Part shown: piece by piece, positions 1 through 9,545 of the stretch | Position numbering within the stretch: position 1 is the stretch's first letter | How the letters are laid out: the number at the start of each line of letters is the position of its first letter | From: an uncultured Chloroflexia bacterium | GTDB lineage: Bacteria > Chloroflexota > Anaerolineae > Anaerolineales > Villigracilaceae | Direction of reading: 5' to 3' | Length of the DNA stretch: 64,000 bases | Assembly (NCBI GenBank): GCA_963752775.1 | Contig: CAVVZL010000035.1 | Span: 10,249 to 74,248 of the forward strand | The notes under the pieces: model-generated | What the model was told of the DNA's origin: nothing | The model's input: the letters and a program-made list of their open reading frames with translations, nothing else | Databases searched by the model: none | Position numbers and translations under genes: made by a program

Positions 1-470
1 TTCCCAGGGACAATGGACGTAGGCAGACGCGCCTTTGAGGATTTCTGGCTGACTATCGCTGATGCGCTTGTTGCGCGCTGGCTTTGATCGTTCCTATTTA
101 ATAAGTGGATACGGAGTAAATCTTCGTTCCTCGTTAACGTCATCAGATACGCAGGCGAGGGTCATCGCCGAATCTTTTGTGCAACTGCATATCTACAAAC
201 ATCAGGAACAATTGTGCGCAGACAACAGAGAAAAATTGCACTGCCAAGACCGGCGGGATTGGAAGTGCCCGCGACATGGAAACCTCGTTCATGCTGCATC
301 GGCGCCCCGATTTATTTCAGATAGAAAGCGTCCTGGATGAAACAGACTTCGTCACGATGCCATCATCGTATGTGCATTGGATCAAGGGAGGCTCATTGGT
401 CGCCAACCCGCTTTGGCAAGATGACACTAGGACCGGCGCATACACGCAGGCAGCCACGGAGGGGAAAGAC
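1..470 (+). CDS. possible C-terminal fragment of a serine hydrolase (beta-lactamase/DD-peptidase-like), partial at window edge and frame-broken
   Basis: Overlapping + ORFs 62..340 and 177..515 lie in different frames. The second contains AKTGGIG (KTG-box-like). No start codon in window. Weak call. Confidence 0.2.
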
Positions 471-905
471 TTAACCTCTTGCCCAAATAAGTGTCACGAT
501 AGTTTTCTCTTTTGAAGCACAACCGATTGGATCGGTGCTCAACATCAAACAGTTGTCTTCGAATTTATAGTAACGCGATTGTATTGTCCCTGTCCAGATC
601 AGGAACAAGCCACCCAGGACAGTATGATGAATCACATGATTTGCTTCATCCACCCTATACGTGGAAAAATAAGCTTCGTAGCTTTCGTAAGCCGCCCTCA
701 TCTCGGAAGGTGTCGCGCGAAACTTCGTTTGGTCTGCGAATTTGTGCCGTCCCGACTTCATCATGTGCACAGACATATTCCCCGCTGCGTCATAGAACAA
801 CCTGCCGATTGGATTCTTACCATAAATTGGGATTACACTTCCCTTCGTACGAATCGCATCACAAGAAATCAATTTCCACGCACCAACAAATGAATTGTTG
901 TCCAT
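471..905 (-). CDS. lipocalin-like domain protein
   Basis: ORF 471..1157 trimmed to the ATG at 905 (MDNNSFVGAWKLISCD...). FVGAWKL...GRLFYDAAGNMSV...YEAYFSTYRVD resembles bacterial lipocalin-like domain proteins. Confidence 0.55.
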   Translation of the reverse strand: MDNNSFVGAWKLISCDAIRTKGSVIPIYGKNPIGRLFYDAAGNMSVHMMKSGRHKFADQTKFRATPSEMRAAYESYEAYFSTYRVDEANHVIHHTVLGGLFLIWTGTIQSRYYKFEDNCLMLSTDPIGCASKEKTIVTLIWARG

Positions 906-939
906 CGTCGGTTGATCCTCCACACAAGGTATAACATTG

Positions 940-2040
940 CTATTGCGTTGAATTCTTGACATATTGATCAAAGAACTGGGTTGTGCGATCCATGAACGCC
1001 AACCAGGCGTCGCCATTGAAGGAATGATATTGACCTTCATAGGCAAAGAGCTGTACATTCTTGCCGGCATCCTTAAATGCGTGATAAAGCTTCTTGGACC
1101 AGTCCGGCGGCGCACCACCCAAGGCCGGACTATCTTTGGTGCCAAAGGAAATTTCAACGGGAACCGTTACAAGGTCCAGATGATAGATCGCTGAGATTTG
1201 ATGAAGCAAATTTGAATCTGAAGACGCGGCACGATAGGCGCTGATCAAATCGGATGGCAAATTCAACGGAACAATATCCGATGAATTACAGTCAGTACTT
1301 ACTTCCCCGGCGTGGATATCGCCGATACAGCCAGTTCCCCAGAGCGCGATCAGATCCGCATCATCCGCACTGACAGTTGAATAAAAGACCGCGGCTTTGA
1401 CGCGCAAATTGACAACAATCACTTTGGCGGTCACGCCCCCGCCCATACTGTGTCCCCAGATTCCAATACGACTTGGATCAGCCTGCGGAATGGATGAAAC
1501 TGCGTTGATCAGATTAATAACATCAATGGCTAACCCAGTATAGAAAAAGCTTGGACCAATATCCGATTTGCCCCAACTGCGATAATCCGATGCAAGCGTG
1601 ATGTAACCATACTTGTTCAGGTATTCTGCAGCACGATAAGTTCCGTCGCCAGGGACATAACCCTCGCGGTCAAAGTATCCATGGTTCATAATAATAACCG
1701 GAAACGGCGCATGTCCATTGACAGGGATTTGCATGACACCTGTGATGGTCAAGCCGTCACTTGGGTAGCTGATGAGATAGCGAGTATAAACGTCCGTCGT
1801 TTCAACCGTCGAAGTGATAGTGATTTTGCCGCCTTGAAATTGATGATGACGAAGTCCGTCAATCGTATATGGGTAAATTATTTGCGCGACAGTGGGAGTT
1901 GGAGACGGAGTTCATGTTGGTGTTGGCAAAGGTGCTGAAGTTACAGATGGAATAACGACAAGCGACGGTAAAACTTTATCACCGGCGGGCTGGCAAGCCA
2001 CAATAAAAATCAACATTGATAACAATAAAAATCTTCTCAT
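940..2040 (-). CDS. alpha/beta hydrolase (S9/dienelactone-hydrolase-like) lipoprotein, interrupted by one in-frame TGA
   Basis: ORF 940..1752 has HGYFDREGY and the GIWGHSMGGG nucleophile elbow. The same frame continues upstream through a single TGA (1912..1914) to ATG 2040. That upstream part encodes MRRFLLLSMLIFIVAC (lipobox) plus a Pro/Thr linker. Confidence 0.75.
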
Positions 2041-2366
2041 TGCTTGCGAATAAACTCCTCGCCTTTTCGAATCAGCTCACTTTGGACATCCGGTGTAGAC
2101 GCAGACTAAAGCAAAGCCAGCGTTTTCTCCCGCAAGATTTGAGTTGCAGAGGGTTCACCTGCATCATGCCATGTTTTTCCATTATGTGGCGCGGATAAAC
2201 GCGGCCGACATTTTAAGCCGCCAATCGACGCGGTCGCCCGTTGCCTGCAGGACGCAGAAAGCATAAAAATACCCTGCTCGATTTGTTCCGCATTCGATAA
2301 ATGCAATTTCGATCGGACGTTGTTTATGGATTCACCTGCTGACAAAACATTCCCGGATTGTATCAT
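2037..2366 (-). CDS. hypothetical small protein (contains in-frame TAG)
   Basis: ORF 2106..2366 continues in frame past TAG 2106..2108. It ends at a TGA that overlaps the hydrolase start (ATGA at 2037..2040). No family recognised. Confidence 0.25.
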
Positions 2367-2735
2367 TGAGTAATTTTGCCTGGGGTCATTTATTGCACCG
2401 CTGCTCAGGTGCTACAAAGGGTGCCTATAAGCTGCTGGCGACAGAAAATGTGCGGCAGACCAAAAGGAATCGATGAAATCACTGGCGCAGGGCAGATACA
2501 ATGTAAACATAAATATTACCAATGGCGAGACCAGACATAACGCCAATACCAGGTTTTTTATGGGGAAGTTTCGGCAAGACGTGATGAATCGGTCATGCTA
2601 ATCGTAAAAAAATTGATATACTCACGCTGGAGTATATCTTAACGCAAGTTAAAGGCCTGATATGGATTTGTCTGCAAAAAGAACTGGCAGCGGCAGGATC
2701 TTTGACCTTCAATAATATTTCAAAGTAATGAATAA

Positions 2736-4202
2736 TTGAAGTTTTCATCTATTGGAAAAATACAAACCTTACTGGAATTCCTTGTCCCGATATTGGTCTT
2801 TATCATCCTGACTCGCACGCCGCAAGATGCAGATATGTGGTGGCATTTGCGTGCTGGTCAGGATATGTGGCAATCTAAATCTATTCTCCTGACCGACACA
2901 TTTAGCTATACGCGGGCCGGCCAGCCCTGGGTCAATGCTTTTTGGATTTCCGAAATCATTTTTTATTTGTTATATCGATTGGGAGGAATTTTTTTCGCTC
3001 ACAGTATTGGTCGCGTTAACCGGAGCTATAACATTTTATCTTCCTCTTTCGGCGCATGGAGGGAAACAAATTCGTCAACGCATTCATTATCGTTCTGGCA
3101 ACAATCACAGCCGCACCGATTTGGAGTCCGCGGCCAGCAAATTTTCTCCTTCTTGATTTTGGCTTTATTGGATGGCTGGCTGCTAAACCAAATTCAAAAA
3201 AACAACAAGGCATCGCTTTGGATTTTAGTTCTCGTCTTTGCACTTTGGGCTAATATCCACGGCGGATGGATCTGGGGATTTTCTACTTCTCGCTGCATAT
3301 ATCGTTGGTACTGCATTTAACAACTTAAGCAAAGAAAATCGCTGTGCTCCTGCTAACTGGAAATTTCTTTTGCATCTGATATTCTGGTCGCTCATCGCAG
3401 GATTGGCAATCGGTTTGAATCCCAACGGAATTTCGATTTGGCGTTTGCCTTTTACCACCGCCAACGTTTCGATGCAAATCCAGGAATGGGCTTCGCCGGA
3501 CTTTCATCAAATGGAATTTCAGCCCTTGCTATGGATGATGTTCCTGCTCATCATTACCGCTGTTCTTGCGAAACCAAAAACGAACTGGATATCACTGCTT
3601 AAGATAATCGGTTTTGCTTACCTCACATTTGTCTCTGAACGCAACATCGCTCTGTTTGCAATTGTCGCCGCACCGGCTCTGGCTGAATGGACCAACAGCG
3701 CCATCGAAAATATAAAGGCAGATTTATCAATTCACCTTGACAACGAGGCCTCTCCACTTTTCTCAGAAAAAATAAATATGATTTTTAATACTGGCCTTTT
3801 AGTCGTTATCGGGTTGATTGCTTTTGGCCGTGCATACCTTGTATCCATTTCGGCGGAAGTAAATAAGAACGTGCCGGTAGGCGCCGTCGAATGGCTAAAA
3901 GAAAACCAAGTCAGCGGTCACCTGTTTAATTCCTATAATTGGGGCGGATATTTGGCCTGGTCATTGCCGCAATCTCCCGTTTTTATTGACGGACGCGCCG
4001 ACCTATATGGAAATGAATTGATCAATGATTGGTGGAGTGTGGTAGACGGAACACCGCAAGGATTTTCGAACTTCTGGATCAATGGAAAGTCCAAACCATC
4101 CTATTGGAGCCGACTTGGCCGATTATCAAACTGCTTCCATCTTCAGGTTGGAGGGAAGTTTACCAGGACAACATGGCTGTAATATTTGTCAGGGACAAGT
4201 GA
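2736..4202 (+). CDS. large polytopic membrane protein, GT-C-like glycosyltransferase candidate (several frame breaks)
   Basis: ORFs 2736..3320, 2935..3156, 3056..3253, 3238..4182 and a further frame ending at TGA 4200..4202 join into one protein of about 480 aa. It has many TM helices. N-terminal motif DADMWWHLRAGQDMW...FSYTRAGQPWVN; C-terminal soluble tail ...ILLEPTWPIIKLLPSSGWREVYQDNMAVIFVRDK. Confidence 0.55.
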
Positions 4203-4423
4203 AGCTGAAATCATCTTCGAGCGAAGATCATTGCCCATTTTTATTTACAGACATGATTATGGCATTGGCTTCCGCTCAACAAAAAGCCGGGTACATGTCA
4301 TTTAATCATATTGGCGAGTCCCGTTTTTGTGACTGGAATCAGGATAGCCGGTTATATTAAAACCTGCCGATGAAAGGCAGACAACTTTTAGGCAAAGACA
4401 ACCAGTTGGTAATTAAGTTATGA

Positions 4424-5993
4424 CTACCGCTGTCGATAAATTACAACCGAGTCGGTTTCAAAAACTGATTGATAATTCGAATCACGATTGATAGTAGCAA
4501 GGAAGAAAGAAAAGTTGGGTGGGGGTATCAGAGGCTTACAATCATCGGCAACCAGTTTCTTCGAAATATAAAGGTAATCAAACTCGGGTCTATTTTTTAC
4601 CAGCCAAGTCCCAAGACAATCATCCGAAAGATATAAACAGCTCTGCAAATCACTTGACTCGCTCAAAAATGCGCCAAATCTTTTACCCAGCAACCACTCA
4701 GTGCCCTGAATAGTCGTCAAGCTATGACGAGAAGCCAGAGCAGGGAACCACTCCGCCACTGGGTCGCAAACAGTGGATAAGGCTCCCGTCAACACAAGAA
4801 ACCGCGCACCAGCGGGCGTGTTTCCCCTGACCCAAGCCATTGCTTCACGATTCCCTACGGAAAGCACATTAGATGCGAGCTCAATTCCAGCCTGTTGAGC
4901 GGAAACTAAGCTGTAAAGGATCAGGCAAATGATAATGATGATCTCTTGTCCGGAAATAAGTTCGGCCGGCCATTGGATCAGCTTTGGGTTTAAACGCTGT
5001 AAGGCGGGCAAGACTAATTCATCCAATGCCAAAGCTGCCAACAGGGCAAATGGGATCACAGCGACGGTTGTGGCACTTCGACCGTCAACAATAAAAGGTA
5101 AAACAAGCCAAACCAGCCAGAAATAATCCTTACGGATGATTTGGATAATTATGCCTAATAATCCTAGGCCTGTAATCAGTGTTGCAAACGGCTCTTGAAG
5201 AAAGGTAAGAAATAGCAGGTTAAAAATCGCCAATTGATTTCCACCTGTCTGCAAAGCAGAAACAAAGCCTTGAGAACCGGTTGAAAAGAGAACCATCAAC
5301 CACCAAGGAGATGTAAGCAAGCTGACACCCAAGCTGACCAGCAGCGAAGTCCCGAAGACAATTCCAAGAACGGGAAAGGAAAAACCAACTAATGACTGAG
5401 AGTGAAACTGTGTAAACGATGGCTTCCGGATGGCTGAGAACTGTCAAGCTGCCAAATAAAGCTGCGTAGCCAATATGCCGCTTTTGTCCACTCCGATATA
5501 GATCAATCACACTAGCCAACGTAAGAAGCATGCATAATTGCCCCAAGCTACGCGTCAGTCCGCCGCCAGAAATAAATGTAGCAATCGCGCGCGGCATCAG
5601 CGCGAAGAGGATCGTCGCCAACGAGGCTTGAAATCGGGAAATTGCAAGCCGGGTGGAAAGTCGATAAAAAGCTAAAACAGAAAAAGTACTGATCAGTGCC
5701 GGGATCCAGCACAAAATTTGAGTTACGCCAATTTTTGTCAGGTCTGAAACCAGCGCCACCAGATAAAACCCCAAAGGTGGATAGGCATAAGGAATTCCAG
5801 AAAAATTATAGGATGTAATTGCCGGAAGTTTGTAGGCATTGGCGCGCAGCTCCTGAATGATGACATAGAACATGCCCCCATCATTGATTGGGAACCCAGC
5901 GAAAATTGTAGGATAAAATCGTACCCAACCGCCTAGAAGAACAGCTAATATTAAGAGAAGGTTGGCAAAATCATCTTTTTTGAAATTCCGCAT
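4424..5993 (-). CDS. PMT/ArnT-like (GT-C fold) membrane glycosyltransferase candidate (frame break near 5220..5330)
   Basis: ORFs 5220..6005 and 4424..5332 join; likely ATG at 5993 (MRNFKKDDF...). N-terminus FPINDGGMFY...IPYAYPPLGFY with about 10 TM helices, plus a C-terminal extracytoplasmic domain. Confidence 0.5.
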
Positions 5994-6106
5994 AGAACCG
6001 CTCAAAATTATTGTGCTATTCTATCATAGCAGAACTACACGCCAAAAAAAGCGGGCTATAGATCTCATCTGACAAGACCTTGAAAGCGCCTATACGTTTC
6101 AGATTC

Positions 6107-7424
6107 TCAAACGAGCGCATCCACCATCAGTGCCAAGAATAGAAACATCAGATACATGCTCGACCAACGATACATCGTCCACGCTACCTTATTGCCTGGG
6201 ATTTTCCACACACTCCAAGCAGCGTAAATCAGCAAAAGCCCAAGCACAATCGCGGAAACCAGATAGACGATACCAGTCGCCCGAATGAGAGGCAACAAGA
6301 GAGTTGTGCCAACTAAAACAAAAGTGTAAATCAGGATTTGCAGGCGCGTCTCCTTTTCGCCTTTTATCACCGGGCAACATTGGCACTCCCGCGCGTTCAT
6401 AATCTTTGGCACGGACAATTGCCAACGCCCAGAAATGCGGCGGCGTCCACATAAATATGATCAGAAACAGAATCCAGGCTGCAAGGCTGAGATGGCCCGT
6501 TGCTGCGGCCCAGCCTACCATCGGAGGAATTGCCCCGGCTCCGCCACCAATCACAATATTCTGAACTGTTGCCTTTTTCAGCCAGAGACTATAAAACAAA
6601 ACGTAATAAAAAATCCCGGCAAGCGAAAGCAAAGCCGCTGTCAAATTTACGAGGCCAGCAAGAATGTAATAACTAGCAAGACATAATGCCAATCCAAAAG
6701 AAAGCCCCTCTGCCCCGTTCATACGCCCCGCCGCGAGCGGACGTTGGGATGTTCGCTGCATGTTCTTGTCCAGCTCGCGGTCAATGTATTGATTCAGAGC
6801 CGAAGACCCGCCTGCCGCTAACGCACCACCAAGCATAGTCCAAAGTGCGAGCGATGGAGAAGGCCAAGCTTTGCCGCCCATCACAAGCCCGCCAAAAGTT
6901 GTCACTAACAAAAGCGCGACGATCAGCGGTTTGCTGAGGATCAAGAAATCATTGAGGCGTTGACGAATATCCACTTTCGGAAATACTTTTCCATCATGCG
7001 CCGATATGCCAGAAATCACAGCTAGAGCGATTAAGGAAATCCAAAGCAGGACCGCAGTTAACGTATGCAAGATTACCAGATGAATTGGAAAATTCCGCAC
7101 AACCTGAATTGCTCCGACAAATGCCTGTCCAAAAAAAAGCACAGTAGTCACTGTTGTTAATGGCAACAAAAAAGAATTATCGTGTTGCTCGGACCACGCT
7201 TTTAGAAAAAGCCAGACGACCAAAACAGCAGAGATACCCGCCAAAGCAAAATGAATGTATTTCAGCCAACCTAATGGATTCTCTGGAATACAAGAAGGCC
7301 ATCCGGAACATGTCAACGCGGGGCCGGTGACAAATACCGCACGGCCCGCGATGGTCAGCAACAGGACAAAAACCATGGTCCAAAAAACCAATCGAGCAAA
7401 AGAAGAAGAGAAGCTATATTTCAT
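6107..7424 (-). CDS. ctaB: fused compact heme A synthase-like (CtaA) / protoheme IX farnesyltransferase (CtaB)
   Basis: The region from ATG 7424 gives about 150 aa with 4 TM helices, a CSGWPSC Cys pair and conserved His residues (CtaA-like half-size module). It runs without a stop into CtaB motifs (NQYIDRELD, GGGAGAIPPMVGW, WTPPHFWALA). The last ~75 aa lie in ORF 6107..6418 after a frame change near 6400. Confidence 0.8.
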
Positions 7425-8159
7425 GACCTCTTCCTTAACTCCTTTCTCCATAAAAAATAGGCATATCCTACAATAAATAGAATTGAAAACGAGAACCATT
7501 GAAAGACAGTAATTTAAGTTATTCGCACCGGAAGACAAATCCAAAGTTTCCTGTTGGATGGGGATGGGAGGATTTATGACGGCTCGATCAGGATTTAGCT
7601 TAATATACACCGGCAGTATCGGATACGGAATTTGTTGGCGGATGCGATCTATGTTGATATAGATCCAAAAATCCAGCCTGGTTTGGCCCGGAGTTAAAGT
7701 TGGATCTGAATTGCTGCCAAAGGTCGGTTGCGACTGTCCAAGGCGGATGGTACCGCTGACCATCACCTCCCCCGGCTGATCGTATTTGTGCCAATCAGCG
7801 GGGGTTGGATTACCTTCAGAGGGAATTGAACCGCGATCAACAAGAACCGCTTCCCCGTCAGAAAGCTGGAGTGGCGTAAATAGATCATACCCGGGTTGAA
7901 TGCCATCGTATTGATCACGGGTCGCGATTTGATTCTGGAAGTCATAAGTTCCGCTGGCTGTGACCGCGCGATATTCCATTGTCGTCAACTCCACTTTCGC
8001 CGGTAGATTAAGTGGCGGCATGGCTTGCACTGCATAAACATGGGTGGAAAAGGATCTTTCCTGTTTAAACCGATCCACTTGCCAGAAGCCTAAACGGATA
8101 CATACAACGGCTGCGACAATAATCAAAAGAGTCGCAAGCCAATAGCGGCGACTGAACAT
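7421..8159 (-). CDS. SURF1/Shy1-family cytochrome oxidase assembly protein (frame break near 7503)
   Basis: MFSRRYWLATLLIIVAAVVCIRLGFWQVDRF is a SURF1 N-terminus. The true C-terminus QWFSFSILFIVGYAYFLWRKELRKRS is recovered in another frame. Its TGA (7421..7423) overlaps the ctaA ATG (7422..7424). Confidence 0.75.
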
Positions 8160-8170
8160 CAAATTTATGA

Positions 8171-8695
8171 TTAGTTTGTAATTGCTTTTTTGGGCGGCCA
8201 TATCAGCAAACTGTACAGGACAAAAAGCATCGCCATCGGAACGCCGCCGATAAATATGCCCCACAATCGCGTATCCCATGTGAGCGCTTCGCTGACATTC
8301 AGACCGAAGATTTTACTTGGAACAAAGGAACATTGAAAGGCATATTTCTGATCAGTATTAAGCTTCATACTCGCCGAGGAACCAGCCGGGATCCATAAAG
8401 GTCCCAGTTGATGTTCCACCGAGTCTTCGTTCTTGACCACCAGGGTATCGCCGACAACAAAGCTCATATTTTGCGGAATAGATGGAGGTTGTTGTCCCGA
8501 CGCAACACGACGCGCCGTACCCGGCGGAATCACGAGCAGAATTTCTTGCGCCGGACGTGTGGCGATATTCATCTGAGGAAATAACAAAAATGGTATCTCC
8601 GCCAGCAAGGCGCCAAAGATCAGTCCCAAAACAAGCAGTAGAAGGGAGCGCCTTACAATTGGATTCTGCAACATGAATATGGTCTTTGCTTTCAT
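8171..8695 (-). CDS. hypothetical two-TM membrane protein embedded in the cox operon
   Basis: ORF 8171..8713 trimmed to ATG 8695. N- and C-terminal TM helices flank a beta-rich domain of about 110 aa (VVGDTLVVKNEDSVEHQLGPLWIPAGSS...). No Cu/heme motif and no family recognised. Confidence 0.5.
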   Translation of the reverse strand: MKAKTIFMLQNPIVRRSLLLLVLGLIFGALLAEIPFLLFPQMNIATRPAQEILLVIPPGTARRVASGQQPPSIPQNMSFVVGDTLVVKNEDSVEHQLGPLWIPAGSSASMKLNTDQKYAFQCSFVPSKIFGLNVSEALTWDTRLWGIFIGGVPMAMLFVLYSLLIWPPKKAITN

Positions 8696-8755
8696 TACAT
8701 AATGGATGGGCAATCAAGCGGCCGCCCATTCATTTTACTTCACATTAGTTTAATT

Positions 8756-9532
8756 TCAGATTAGCTTGCCGATCAAATACAAAGCTGGATAAAAGAAAAT
8801 CCAAACCACATCGATAAAGTGCCAATAAACCGTCGCCGATTTAACTGCCCAGTGTTTCTCAGGCGAATATACGCCGCGCAATCCGTTCCGCAAGACAATG
8901 CTGAGGAAGATCACGCCGGTCAATACATGGAAGGCATGCATACCTGTCATGATGAAGAAAATAGCGCCCGCCGCATTCGAGGATGTGGTCACGCCTGCAC
9001 GGATGGCAGATGGCCACTCAACCATGATCACACCGGCCAAAAATAGCAAGCCAAGCAGGATAGTTAGCGAGATTCCAATAATAAAACCCTTGCGGTCACC
9101 GTGTTCCATAGATACTTCCGCACGATTCATAAAGAATGACGACAGCAAAAGCACTGACGTTATAGTCAATGCAATATATTGACTATCAGGACTTAATGGC
9201 AAACCTGTCAGCCCCAGCAAGTTGAACCGGCTGATGAAGAGTCCGCCAAATATAAACGCATCGGAAAGGAGGAATAACCACAACCCCATTCGGCTTGTTG
9301 TAAGCTTATACTGATAGCTATGGCGATCAAGATTATCGTCCTGCACATTTAATCGATAAATATGCATATAGTAGTACATGACCAAACCAACTTTAACAAA
9401 CGCGATCATGGCCAGCAAAACTGTTGAGCCGATTTCAATTGCCACAAAGAACTCAAGCGCAGTCAAAGCCGCAAGAAAAACAAAGACGATTATGCCCTGA
9501 CGGAGGATGTCGGATTTATTAGTATGTTCCAT
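8756..9532 (-). CDS. ctaE: cytochrome c oxidase subunit IV-like N-terminus fused to subunit III
   Basis: ATG 9532 (MEHTNKS...). The first ~60 aa form 2 TM helices ending ...VKVGLVMYYYMHIY, which resembles bacterial subunit IV. They run without a stop into subunit III (MGLWLFLLSDAFIFGGLF ... VYWHFIDVVWIFFYPALYL). Confidence 0.8.
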   Translation of the reverse strand: MEHTNKSDILRQGIIVFVFLAALTALEFFVAIEIGSTVLLAMIAFVKVGLVMYYYMHIYRLNVQDDNLDRHSYQYKLTTSRMGLWLFLLSDAFIFGGLFISRFNLLGLTGLPLSPDSQYIALTITSVLLLSSFFMNRAEVSMEHGDRKGFIIGISLTILLGLLFLAGVIMVEWPSAIRAGVTTSSNAAGAIFFIMTGMHAFHVLTGVIFLSIVLRNGLRGVYSPEKHWAVKSATVYWHFIDVVWIFFYPALYLIGKLI

Positions 9533-9545
9533 CGGTGGTTTCCTT

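Noticed and set aside
1912-1914. Selenocysteine codon in the hydrolase
   Set aside because: The TGA lies in a Pro/Thr low-complexity linker, not at a redox-active site. I see no SECIS-like hairpin immediately downstream. No selenoprotein family of this type is known to me.
6189-8279. A 696-aa ORF that looks like a giant SURF1-CtaA-CtaB fusion protein
   Set aside because: The genuine SURF1 C-terminus (QWFSFSILFIVGYAYFLWRKELRKRS, stop 7421..7423) is found in another frame and overlaps the ctaA ATG. The apparent three-way fusion is created by an indel near 7503. Only the CtaA-CtaB junction is in frame on both sides.
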